This document shows positions 45,296 to 54,279 of a stretch of 64,000 bases of DNA, one piece after another (positions within the stretch are counted from its first letter, which is position 1; every line of letters begins with the position of its first letter). The notes under the pieces were generated by a model. That model worked only from the letters and a program-made list of their open reading frames with translations, was not told where the DNA came from and searched no databases. A program made the translations under genes and the position numbers. The DNA lies in assembly GCA_964584775.1 (NCBI GenBank), contig CAZPBC010000007.1, forward strand, positions 7,320 to 71,319. The letters are read 5' to 3'. The stretch is from an uncultured bacterium (GTDB lineage: Bacteria > Chlamydiota > Chlamydiia > Chlamydiales > SLFE01).

Positions 45296-47664
45296 GCCTG
45301 CGGTGTGATCTCTTCGTTTGCTTGCGGAAGGAGGTACTCGAAGAGCTCTTCTTCCCTCTGCTTCATTTGAGAAAGGAGAGTGCGGAGCAGCTCCTCTTTC
45401 ACAGAATCAGAGAGAATGCTTTTTGCCGTTTCAACACTGTCGTTGACAACAGCAAGAGTGTCTGCTGAGCTCTTTTGTTCCATCACAAAGAAAGAGAGCG
45501 CACCACTCGATGGAGAGTGCACCTCGGACCACTGTCCTGGTTCAAGTCCAAAGACAAGCGCTTTTTCGATCTGATCGTCTTGCGCTGCGCTTTTGACAGT
45601 CGCGTAGTCGCTCTTTTGGACAGCCCATTGCTTACGGAGGTCGTTGGGTTGCATCGTCACCTCGTCACTCACCTCAGATGCGGCGACAATCCAGGGGGCG
45701 TAGCTTCCTTGTTGAGCCTTCTCCTTCATCCAACGCATATGCGCTTTCAGTCGAAGAGAGGCGATCTCATCCAGAGTGTGAGTGTTTGGTGTTTTTTCTC
45801 TTTGCTGGATCTCTTGGATCGGCTCCTTAAGGTAGTCACGGACGACCTGCTCGCGCACATCGGTTAGACTTTTAAACTCTCCGTTTTCACCTCTGTATTT
45901 TTCTGGGTTTGCACTCTTGAGTTGATCATAGTGTGCTGTTAGACGCTTTTCGTACAGTTGGCGCAGCGTGTTGTCTTTCCGGACCTCTTTGAATGAGAGG
46001 ATCTCATCTTGCGGAGCCTTCTCTAAAATAGCGATACGGAAGAAGGTTTTGCCATCTTGGCTGTAGTTTTGGAGCTCTTTGAGGGCTGTTGCATCACCCC
46101 TCTCAGCTTTCACAAGAAGCTCTCCAAAAACTGCCGCATCGTTCACTCCTTTGAAGGGGGTCTCTCCCTTCTTACGGACAGCAACGATACGCTCCTCGAC
46201 CTCTTTCTCAGAAAGCGCCTCAGAAATCCAATCTGGGTGCTCCTTTAGCATCAGAGCGAGCGCATGACGGTCAATTTGGTCGCGCTTCTGTTTAGGGAGT
46301 TGCTCGAGTAAGTCAAAACGCTTCTCCTCAGAGAGAAGGATTCCTGGGTCCAGTTCGCTGTACTTGGCTGTAAGCACCTTCCAATTTTTGGTGGCCGTCT
46401 CCCATTCCCAAAGGTCCCGGACAGCGATACGGTCGTTGAGTTGACGCAAATCGATCGACTGCACCTGCAGCTTCCATTTGCGTTGAACGAGTTCAGGGGT
46501 CTTTTTTTCCACTTCAGCAGCCGTTTTAAACTTTGAAGGGAGCAATAGGGAGGGGGTCGACGGTTTGACCGCGACGGCATCCATATAGACCTCTAGCATA
46601 CCGAGGTCGCTTGAGCGGCTGAAGTGCAGCTCTTCCGGAAACTGGTAGATCTCACCACTGGCTTTTTCGGCCGCAAACTTTGCAAAATCCTCAAAAGGCT
46701 GAGCGTTGGTGAGAACGGAGTCGGAGGCGCCATCATAAAGACGTTTGAAAAGCAGGATCTGGCGGGTGGTTTCGATTGCGATGCCGAGTGGCATCTGCAT
46801 GCGGCGCAGCTGCTCTTTTAGATAACTATTTGCGTTTTCGACATTGACCATACGGCTTCCACGGTTGTCCGCGAAGCTTCTCTCTGCGTTGCGCTGAAGA
46901 GTGTAGAGCGCTTCCGCATCACTTACATGAAATCCCTGACGCTCAGCTTCTTTAGCACCGTTTAGAACAACAAGTGAAAGAAGGCGGAGCATACGAGATC
47001 CAAACCAATCCTCAAAGGTGTGGTAGCCAAAGAGAGAAAGGTCAGCACGAGCTAGGTTCGGATCTTCAGGAACCCATGAGTACTGTTTCTTTTGGTACAT
47101 GAGCATCTGCTTGACCATTAGAGGAGAGAGGGCACGCTCTCCGAGATAGAGATTCACCCTGGCTTGTAGCTCTTCTTTGGAAAGGGGGTTCTCACCGATC
47201 TGCATCGTTCTGTATTGGTTCTTCATCTCCGGTGCGAGGTATCCCCAAGCTGACTCCACAGAGATGAAATCTGCTTTCGGGTGTCGGTAGAGCGTGAAAC
47301 GTCGCTCTTTGCTGGCGCGTGTGTTGAGGTCTTTTTCGAAGAGATGGGGAAATGCGGCGGCGACCTCTAGGATTAAACCGGTCCTTAAAAATTCATTTTG
47401 AACCATTCCGTCATTGAGGAAGTTGGGACCCCAAGCACCACCCCAATTTTGTTTGTCTTTGGCGTCGGTCCCTAGGAAAAGGGCCATCGCCTCTAACTCA
47501 GAGCGTTTGACCTTCCGGCCATCGATCAAGCTCACCGTGTCTGGATCGACGGTAGGGGTATTCATCATTGTGTTCATGACCCCGAAAAATGAGAAGGAGA
47601 TCACAATGACGATCGTGACAATGAGGAAGAAAAAGCGTTGGTATTTTCGAAAAAAGTGTAGCAT
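45292..47664 (-). CDS. Large membrane-anchored SurA-N/PpiD-like chaperone (CT283-like by position)
   Basis: True start likely ATG 47664 (MLHFFRKYQRFFFLIVTIVIVISFSFFG), resembling PpiD/SurA N-termini; helical periplasmic body. Confidence 0.6.
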   Translation of the reverse strand: MLHFFRKYQRFFFLIVTIVIVISFSFFGVMNTMMNTPTVDPDTVSLIDGRKVKRSELEAMALFLGTDAKDKQNWGGAWGPNFLNDGMVQNEFLRTGLILEVAAAFPHLFEKDLNTRASKERRFTLYRHPKADFISVESAWGYLAPEMKNQYRTMQIGENPLSKEELQARVNLYLGERALSPLMVKQMLMYQKKQYSWVPEDPNLARADLSLFGYHTFEDWFGSRMLRLLSLVVLNGAKEAERQGFHVSDAEALYTLQRNAERSFADNRGSRMVNVENANSYLKEQLRRMQMPLGIAIETTRQILLFKRLYDGASDSVLTNAQPFEDFAKFAAEKASGEIYQFPEELHFSRSSDLGMLEVYMDAVAVKPSTPSLLLPSKFKTAAEVEKKTPELVQRKWKLQVQSIDLRQLNDRIAVRDLWEWETATKNWKVLTAKYSELDPGILLSEEKRFDLLEQLPKQKRDQIDRHALALMLKEHPDWISEALSEKEVEERIVAVRKKGETPFKGVNDAAVFGELLVKAERGDATALKELQNYSQDGKTFFRIAILEKAPQDEILSFKEVRKDNTLRQLYEKRLTAHYDQLKSANPEKYRGENGEFKSLTDVREQVVRDYLKEPIQEIQQREKTPNTHTLDEIASLRLKAHMRWMKEKAQQGSYAPWIVAASEVSDEVTMQPNDLRKQWAVQKSDYATVKSAAQDDQIEKALVFGLEPGQWSEVHSPSSGALSFFVMEQKSSADTLAVVNDSVETAKSILSDSVKEELLRTLLSQMKQREEELFEYLLPQANEEITPQA

Positions 47665-47738
47665 AACTTGGTTCTCCAAATCTAATGACAATAAGATGTG
47701 ATAGTCTACAGCGTCTACGACAAAATGGGAAGATATTA

Positions 47739-47759
47739 AGAATAAATTGAATTTATTCT
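47739..47759. promoter_or_regulatory. Inverted repeat AGAATAAAT-TGA-ATTTATTCT in a divergent promoter region
   Basis: Perfect 9-bp arms, ~50 nt upstream of ATG 47809. Confidence 0.35.
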
Positions 47760-47808
47760 GGCCTTGTCTTAAGTTTTTTATCCCTGAGTGAAGTATCGAG
47801 GAGATGAT

Positions 47809-48627
47809 ATGACTGCTTTCAAGCCCAATGTTGCCAATTTCGATGTCATCGATGCTCAAGATACTAGGCTCATCTGTTGGCAAAAACTGACTGTTAAACG
47901 GCCCGGGCAGACGTATAAATTTGGCTCAAAGAAGTCGCATGGCTTTCACACGATCTCTATGGCGGCTTACAAGGTGACTTTTGCAGAAATGCAAGCCGGC
48001 GACTGGCTCCTTGATCGGGAATTCCATTATTTTATCAGAGTTCTCAAAGAGCTTTCTCAGACATCTCTCAATAATTGGAGTGGAGAGTGTGATCAAGGGA
48101 GATTTAACTGGATGATGAAATTGATGGAGCTCTGGGAACGTACAGACAACTCCTATAAACGTTACTCTCAAAGCCCTAGAGATCGATCCAGTAAAGCTAC
48201 CTATCTGAGTGATGTTCTGCGCCTCATTCACTTCTTTCCATTTGTGGTGATTCCTACAGAAGATGCACGAGATGATAGAGGGGCAGAGGTCAATGAGGCA
48301 AAAAAAAGCTTGGAAGGTTCCTACTGTGGTGCAAGAAATAAGCGGCAATTGGTAGAGAGCATTCACGAAAGCTTAGACGATTTAGTGAGAGAGAAAGTGG
48401 TTTATACTTATTACGATGATCCGGTACGCTTTTTTGCAGGATTGATTGGGCTCATTTATCTTGTGTCGTTGCCTTGGTTTCGTATGCATCAAAGAGGTCA
48501 ATGCACGACATTTATGCAGTTTTTATCCCAAGAAAAGGGGAGTATGGTTCAGTATGTTCTACAAGAGTACGCTCCTCCCGTTATCTTGCAGAAAGCGGTG
48601 ACGCTTCTCGAGTCAAAATTCCGTTGA
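47809..48627 (+). CDS. Hypothetical protein, paralogue A of a tandem pair
   Basis: SD GAGGAG before ATG 47809; shares long motif blocks with 48734-49528. Confidence 0.8.
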   Translation: MTAFKPNVANFDVIDAQDTRLICWQKLTVKRPGQTYKFGSKKSHGFHTISMAAYKVTFAEMQAGDWLLDREFHYFIRVLKELSQTSLNNWSGECDQGRFNWMMKLMELWERTDNSYKRYSQSPRDRSSKATYLSDVLRLIHFFPFVVIPTEDARDDRGAEVNEAKKSLEGSYCGARNKRQLVESIHESLDDLVREKVVYTYYDDPVRFFAGLIGLIYLVSLPWFRMHQRGQCTTFMQFLSQEKGSMVQYVLQEYAPPVILQKAVTLLESKFR

Positions 48628-48733
48628 TCTAACTCATCAAAGATATTTTTCTTTTTTCCGCACTTTTTAGGTGAAAAAATATTTCATTTTATTTTCATTC
48701 CTCTTAGGATAACTGCCAAAAAGGAGGGAAATT

Positions 48734-49528
48734 ATGGCTGTCTTTCAATCTCCAGTCCGAATTCACCGAGTCGACATCGCACAAAGAAGGTCTTTGGTGA
48801 CTTCCCAAGGAGGTCTTGTGAAAGTCAGTCGCCCTGATCCTACCTTTACTTTTGGTCCGAACGGATCCATGGGATTTCACACCATTTCGTTTGCAGCCTA
48901 TCAAATCTTATTCCGTGAACTTCACAAGAATCAAAAAGCTTTGACGGGAGACTTTCACCGTTTTTGGCAAGCGATGGTTGAAATTTGTCAGGATACTCTT
49001 GGCCGTGCTGATTCTCGCTCTCTCTCTTGGAGAAACGAAGTCGAGGGGCTTGGAGTACATCTTCAAAAGTCATTTACAGCCTTCACTACTTCACCTACCG
49101 AAAAAAACGGAGAGGTGTACTTGAGTGATCTTCTACGTCTCATCCACTACTTCCCCTTCGCAGTCATCCCGACAGATAATGCAAAAGATGACCGTGGACC
49201 GGACGTGAGAGAGGGGAAAGAGATTCTTGATAGTGCTTTCGCAACGGGTGATGAGCAAGATTTAACACAGGGGCTTGTCGATAGCTTAGATGATATTGTT
49301 GCAGAAGCTCACCAGTTCTACAGAGATACGGCGAGCTTTTTTGCTGGGCTAAATGGGCTGGTTTACGCGGTCTCGTATCCCTGGTTTCAGCGCTACCAGC
49401 CTCAACGAGTTCAATCTTGTAGAAAGTTTCTCGAGTCTGAAAAAAGGTTACTGGAGATGGTCGTTGCTCCTTATGCCCCTCGAGGTGTCTTTCAACAAGC
49501 TCTTGAGCGCCTCAAGCAGGAAGTTTGA
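48734..49528 (+). CDS. Hypothetical protein, paralogue B of a tandem pair
   Basis: SD AAGGAGG; shares GFHTIS.AAY, YLSD.LRLIH.FPF.VIPT, DDRG and FFAGL with paralogue A. Confidence 0.8.
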   Translation: MAVFQSPVRIHRVDIAQRRSLVTSQGGLVKVSRPDPTFTFGPNGSMGFHTISFAAYQILFRELHKNQKALTGDFHRFWQAMVEICQDTLGRADSRSLSWRNEVEGLGVHLQKSFTAFTTSPTEKNGEVYLSDLLRLIHYFPFAVIPTDNAKDDRGPDVREGKEILDSAFATGDEQDLTQGLVDSLDDIVAEAHQFYRDTASFFAGLNGLVYAVSYPWFQRYQPQRVQSCRKFLESEKRLLEMVVAPYAPRGVFQQALERLKQEV

Positions 49529-49648
49529 TTTCTTTAAACTTCTGACATTCAGTAACTTAAATAATTATTAAATAATTTATTTTAATTATAATTATTTTTT
49601 GATTTATAATTAAGATAAGTGGTTATTTTAATAAAAGGTAATGTCATT

Positions 49649-50005
49649 ATGTTTGAGTATAATCTAACAAGAGAAGAAATTTTTACTAAATGGGGAATCC
49701 CCTGCTCTATTGATATTCTTGTGGAAAGTCATGAGTCTCTGAGTGATCAAGAGTTAGGTGAAATTCTTCGAGACTACTACACCTTTCATAGCGCATCAGA
49801 AGAGCGGATTGCTGCAGCCGATGCCTTCTGGAAGCGTTTTCATACCTCCATCTTTGATGCGACTTCGATCCAAAAAGTCTCAGACGAGTACAAAGCTTGG
49901 GTTGATGCGACAGACAAGCTCATGCGCTCCAAAAAGAATTATCTGGGCCTCAAACGACGGTATGGAGTCATCATTGAAACCTTCGACTCGAGCCAAGCGG
50001 CTTAA
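49649..50005 (+). CDS. Small orphan helical protein
   Basis: ATG 49649 preceded by AAAGGT and an AT-rich region with TATAAT at 49605-49610. Confidence 0.6.
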   Translation: MFEYNLTREEIFTKWGIPCSIDILVESHESLSDQELGEILRDYYTFHSASEERIAAADAFWKRFHTSIFDATSIQKVSDEYKAWVDATDKLMRSKKNYLGLKRRYGVIIETFDSSQAA

Positions 50006-50009
50006 GCCA

Positions 50010-50456
50010 CTAAAGAAAGTCAATTTCATAGAGAGAGTCGTTTTCTTTAATCGCATCCAGCAGGAGTGCTCTTCCCTCCTCGGTGATAGGATTTCTTCCA
50101 ATAGAGAGATGAGTGAGGCTTTGATTGACACGAAGCGCTTTTGCGATCCAAGCGGCTCCGGCATCTGTCATTTGATTCTCATCTAAATAGAGTTCTTTGA
50201 TGTGGCGATTCCTCATGAGAAGTTGAGCCACAACTTCTGCCCCTTTGTCTCCTAAATGACAATCTTGTAGGCAGAGTTCGGTGGTTGTGTGATTTTGAGC
50301 AATCGAGTCAAGTAAGGACTGGAGATCACACATCCTAAATCGGCTGTGTGTGAAGTCGGCTAAATGTGGGGTTTTTTGATGGGAAAATCCCTGAACGGCT
50401 AGTGGATACACAGGATCTGTATAGCCAGATGTGCATTTAAACGTATGTACAAACAT
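50010..50456 (-). CDS. Short RNI-like LRR protein
   Basis: NHTTTELCLQDCHLGDKGA, NRHIKELYLDENQMTDAGA, NQSLTHLSIGRNPITEEG. Confidence 0.8.
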   Translation of the reverse strand: MFVHTFKCTSGYTDPVYPLAVQGFSHQKTPHLADFTHSRFRMCDLQSLLDSIAQNHTTTELCLQDCHLGDKGAEVVAQLLMRNRHIKELYLDENQMTDAGAAWIAKALRVNQSLTHLSIGRNPITEEGRALLLDAIKENDSLYEIDFL

Positions 50457-50474
50457 GGGTATCTTAATCGTTGA

Positions 50475-51161
50475 CTACAGTATTTTACAGAGTGTCTCTT
50501 GAAGTTCTTTTCGGAGTGAAGGGAGGTCGCTTTGGTCCCCTAGATAGGCGCTCCATCTCCTCATTGATTCGATGGTTTCTTTGCCATTGACAAGCGCTTT
50601 TTCGAGAAAAGCAAAATCAGGTGGGCAGAGGCTGATGGTCGTCTGGTGGAGCAGAGCGTTTTTTTTGCGGCGCTCGGCTGCTCCTGCGAGTTTTTTCCCC
50701 TCTAAAAGAAGATCGTAACGAGTGGGCTCAGCCATGCAAAAGCGCTGTCTTGCATTTGAGTTGCAGGGGGCGTCCGTGGTGAGTTCAGCAGGGCGCTTTT
50801 TTAGAAAGGGTGTCAGGAGTTCTTTCAGCATTTGATGGATCTGGCGATACGATTCGAGTGTATTTGCTGAGTAGAGAGGATGGTGATTTGCAAGAATGAG
50901 TGAGAAGGCATAGTCGTGGGTGTGAAAAAGAACCCCCCCACCTGTTGGGCGCTTTCCTAAATCTAGGGATACCTGGGGGTCAAAGACGGTTGCGGGGTTC
51001 ACGAAGTAGCCGTAGGTGGCTGCGTTCGGGAGCCATTCGTAGAGGTGGAGAAAGCTCTCACCCGTCTTTTCTGCCCTTTCCAAGAGGGCAACATCTTGGT
51101 CCATAATCTCTTGTGCAGGTGAAGGGGGAGTGAGGATGAGCTTCATACGATCTCTGGTCAT
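50475..51161 (-). CDS. Lipoate-protein ligase / octanoyltransferase family (CT285-like)
   Basis: MDQDVALL, LYEW, TYGYF, RPTGGGVLFH, DLLLEGKKLAGAAERR, LHQTTI. Confidence 0.85.
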   Translation of the reverse strand: MTRDRMKLILTPPSPAQEIMDQDVALLERAEKTGESFLHLYEWLPNAATYGYFVNPATVFDPQVSLDLGKRPTGGGVLFHTHDYAFSLILANHHPLYSANTLESYRQIHQMLKELLTPFLKKRPAELTTDAPCNSNARQRFCMAEPTRYDLLLEGKKLAGAAERRKKNALLHQTTISLCPPDFAFLEKALVNGKETIESMRRWSAYLGDQSDLPSLRKELQETLCKIL

Positions 51162-51787
51162 CTTAACGCGATGGGCTGGCCTTTACTTGTTAGGCGGTCC
51201 CCGTAGACATATCCACATGTTTTCAGGTAGTGAGTATTGGGATCGGACTCTTGCTGCACATAGAGGCTATTCGGAGTGACATAGGTGAAGAGGAGGAAGG
51301 AGGCTGACCCGGGAAGCTCAGCGAGGTTGAGCTCCGTCTTTTTCGAAATGAAAAGAACGTTGCCTGCCATTTTCGGCCAAGGCTCAGGTAGTTCATCGTG
51401 AGTGTCGAGAGCGATGATGAAGGAGGCTTCGGTATCGCGGATCGAGGTGAGCTGTTCGAGGTTGATGGGTTCGGGAAAGTGATGTTGGTAAAAGAGTTCA
51501 TCTTGAGTGAGAAGCTGGTCTGCTCCTAGATGAAGGAGAGGGGTGAGAAGCAGCTCTTTAGCGATATCGCTAAAACGGTTGTGACAAAAAAACTTTTGAA
51601 GAAAAGGGCTCTCTCTCCAAAGGTCACGTCCAGCGAGATAAGGCTCTTTTCCTTCACGACTTTGGAGGACCTTGGTGATCTCCTCGTCGAGAGTGTCTAG
51701 CTGGGAAGCCGAGACAACGCCCTCTAGCTCTACATAGCCCTCTACCTCGAATTGGCGCTTACTCTCTTTGTCAATGGTGTACTTCAT
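51158..51787 (-). CDS. PhyH-like Fe/2OG-dioxygenase-fold protein (CT296/DcrA-like by position)
   Basis: FEVEGYVELEGVVS, GRDLWR..P; divergent from rnc, as CT296 is in C. trachomatis as I recall. Confidence 0.6.
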   Translation of the reverse strand: MKYTIDKESKRQFEVEGYVELEGVVSASQLDTLDEEITKVLQSREGKEPYLAGRDLWRESPFLQKFFCHNRFSDIAKELLLTPLLHLGADQLLTQDELFYQHHFPEPINLEQLTSIRDTEASFIIALDTHDELPEPWPKMAGNVLFISKKTELNLAELPGSASFLLFTYVTPNSLYVQQESDPNTHYLKTCGYVYGDRLTSKGQPIALR

Positions 51788-51862
51788 ATGGCCAGAAAGT
51801 ATAACTAGACTCGATGTTTAATTGTAGCTGTAAAATCCTTCCTACACTAAAATTTCTCTCTT

Positions 51863-52570
51863 ATGGAACTCAGTGAAATATACAAAAATTTAGAGGAAGT
51901 CGAAAAAATCATCGACTACTCCTTTAAGGATAAAACACTGCTGCTTCTCGCCTTCACTCACCGTTCTTTTGTCAATGAAAACCGCGACTTAGTGCGTGAC
52001 CACAATGAGCGTCTTGAGTTTTTAGGGGATGCTGTTTTGGGACTTTTGATTTCAGAATATCTCTATAAATACCTCCCCGAAACCCCTGAGGGAGAGCTCT
52101 CCTACCTTCGCTCTCGACTTGTGGAGGCGACCTCTTGTGTCACCTACATCCAAAAACTCGACCTTGAAAAATTCCTACTTCTGGGTAAGGGAGAGAAGAT
52201 GAATGATGGGCGTGGCAGGGAGTCGATTCTTTCAGATCTTTTCGAAGCGCTGATCGGAGCGGTCTTTGTTGATGGGGGAATTGATGGTGCACGGCGTTTC
52301 ATCTTCCATAACTTCTCTATAGACATCAATGAGATTATGAAGAAGCCTGTCCACAACTGGAAAGCACTCCTCCAAGATTATGCTCAGAAGCACCATCAAG
52401 TCACGCCTGTTTATGAAGTGATGGACGAAAGCGGTCCCGACCACAGTAAGACTTTCGAAATCCGTGTGCTCATCCAGGATGATGAGGTGGGGCGTGGTAA
52501 AGGCAACTCCAAGAAAGAAGCGCAACAGAATGCCGCAGAGGTCGGCGCACATAAACTGGGGATCGTCTAA
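51863..52570 (+). CDS. rnc: Ribonuclease III
   Basis: LAFTHRSF, NERLEFLGDAVL, EGELS, DLFEALIGAV, dsRBD KALLQDY, GPDHSKTF, SKKEAQQNAA. Confidence 0.97.
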   Translation: MELSEIYKNLEEVEKIIDYSFKDKTLLLLAFTHRSFVNENRDLVRDHNERLEFLGDAVLGLLISEYLYKYLPETPEGELSYLRSRLVEATSCVTYIQKLDLEKFLLLGKGEKMNDGRGRESILSDLFEALIGAVFVDGGIDGARRFIFHNFSIDINEIMKKPVHNWKALLQDYAQKHHQVTPVYEVMDESGPDHSKTFEIRVLIQDDEVGRGKGNSKKEAQQNAAEVGAHKLGIV

Positions 52571-53985
52571 TGGCAAAGGTCAAGTCTGTCTGGTATTGCA
52601 ATGAGTGCGGTCACAAAAGTTTCAAGTGGGTCGGTCAGTGCCCTGCTTGCTTAGAGTGGAATACTCTGAATGAAGAAAAAGAGCTTCCCGAGTCTCACAC
52701 TCGTTTTGATATTGCTCCGAAAGAAAAAGCACGCCCTCAAAAAGTCAAAGAGGTCATTCTTGACGAGACGAAACGTGTGAGTACGGATCTTTCTGAGTTT
52801 GACCGTCTAATTGGTGGTGGGGTTGTCCCTGGTTCCTTGACGCTTGTAGGGGGGCAGCCAGGAATTGGAAAGTCGACCCTCCTGCTTCAAGTTTCCCAGT
52901 CCCTTGCAAAGAAGGGACTCAAGGTCCTTTATGTTTCTGGTGAGGAGTCTGCAGCTCAGACGTCACTTCGAGCGAAACGGCTCGGGGTCGACTCAGACAA
53001 TCTTTATATCTTGAGTGAAACTCTCGTCGGACACATCTGTGATGTTGCTAAAGAGATGAAACCCGACCTACTGATCGTTGACTCCATCCAAATTGTTTAC
53101 AAAGGGGAGATCCAATCGGCTCCGGGGAGCGTCTCGCAGGTCCGTGAGTGCACGACACAGTTCATGCATTTTGCGAAAAGCGAGGGGATTGCTACTTTTC
53201 TCGTCGGCCACGTGACAAAAAGTGGAGATATTGCCGGGCCGAAAGTCCTTGAGCACCTTGTCGATACCGTTCTTTATTTCGAAGGGGATAAGCAACATAA
53301 CTTTCGTATGATCCGTGCTTTTAAAAACCGCTTTGGTCCGACAGACGAAGTCGCGGTTTTTCAGATGGCGGGACACGGCCTGGTAGAAGTCAAAAATCCT
53401 TCGCAGATTTTTCTTCAAGAGCGTAAAAAGAATGTGGCGGGATCCGTTGTCGTTCCGACACTTGAGGGAACACGTCCTATTTTGGTTGAAGTGCAGTCTC
53501 TCGTGACGCCGACTGTCTTTTCTTCCCCTTCAAGACGTGTGACGGGGGTAGAAAACAACCGTCTGCTCCTCATATTGGCCGTCATGGAAAAACGGCTCCG
53601 CTTTCCACTGCATAAAATGGATGTCTTTGTCTCGATTGCTGGTGGTCTTCATATCGTAGAACCTGCAATCGATTTGGGGATCCTCTTTGCCGTTGCTTCT
53701 TCTATGAAAAATGTGATCATTGATCCGACGACGACGATGATCGGAGAAGTGGGCCTCAGTGGAGAAGTACGAAATGTCTCCAGACTCGAGCTGCGCCTGA
53801 AAGAAGCCAAATCAATGGGTTTTTGCCGTGCCATCGTCCCCATGCACAGCCGACGCGGTCTCACCGATGAGGTGGCTGAGGGGCTCGATTTGATCGAAGT
53901 TGAAATGGTGGATGAGGCGTTTCGTGCACTCAGTCCTTATAAACCGAAGAAGCAGCCAGCGCCTCCGCAGCACGCTTCAGTGTAG
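52570..53985 (+). CDS. radA: DNA repair protein RadA/Sms
   Basis: Zn finger CNECG...CPAC, Walker A GQPGIGKSTLL, DSIQ, KNRFG, LEGTRPILVEVQ, GEVGLSGEVR. Confidence 0.97.
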   Translation: MAKVKSVWYCNECGHKSFKWVGQCPACLEWNTLNEEKELPESHTRFDIAPKEKARPQKVKEVILDETKRVSTDLSEFDRLIGGGVVPGSLTLVGGQPGIGKSTLLLQVSQSLAKKGLKVLYVSGEESAAQTSLRAKRLGVDSDNLYILSETLVGHICDVAKEMKPDLLIVDSIQIVYKGEIQSAPGSVSQVRECTTQFMHFAKSEGIATFLVGHVTKSGDIAGPKVLEHLVDTVLYFEGDKQHNFRMIRAFKNRFGPTDEVAVFQMAGHGLVEVKNPSQIFLQERKKNVAGSVVVPTLEGTRPILVEVQSLVTPTVFSSPSRRVTGVENNRLLLILAVMEKRLRFPLHKMDVFVSIAGGLHIVEPAIDLGILFAVASSMKNVIIDPTTTMIGEVGLSGEVRNVSRLELRLKEAKSMGFCRAIVPMHSRRGLTDEVAEGLDLIEVEMVDEAFRALSPYKPKKQPAPPQHASV

Positions 53986-54112
53986 ATAGACCATTTTCAA
54001 ATCCCAAATCCTTAAAGAGTCGGTTCAGATAGTTCAATTCGGTCTCATAGAAGTCTTGCTTGGTTTCGAGTTCAGCAATCCGTCTAAAGAGCTCCTGTTC
54101 TTGTCGGTCCAT
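53930..54112 (-). CDS. Small (60 aa) coiled-coil protein
   Basis: Strong SD AAGGAGGAGAA before ATG; heptad pattern RIAELETKQDFYETELNYLNRLF; overlaps the radA 3' end. Confidence 0.65.
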   Translation of the reverse strand: MDRQEQELFRRIAELETKQDFYETELNYLNRLFKDLGFENGLSTLKRAAEALAASSVYKD

Positions 54113-54178
54113 TTCTCCTCCTTGGTCAGAGATGGATAAAAGAAGAGCTTAAAAAAAGTTTTTAAAGATTGTGTTAAA

Positions 54179-54204
54179 CCTGAAGATTTCATGAATCTTT
54201 CAGG
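54179..54204 (-). terminator. Possible hairpin downstream of dnaA
   Basis: CCTGAAGATT-TCATG-AATCTTTCAGG (one bulge), only a short T tract. Confidence 0.3.
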
Positions 54205-54279
54205 ATCTATCGGTTTCTAATGCCTCTCTTTTTTATATCTATGCAGTGCACGGATACGGATAACTGAGAGACCCTAGGT

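Noticed and set aside
47665-47883. 73-aa N-terminal extension of the 863-aa ORF in the track
   Set aside because: Overlaps the divergent gene and intergenic DNA; ATG 47664 gives a typical membrane-anchor start.
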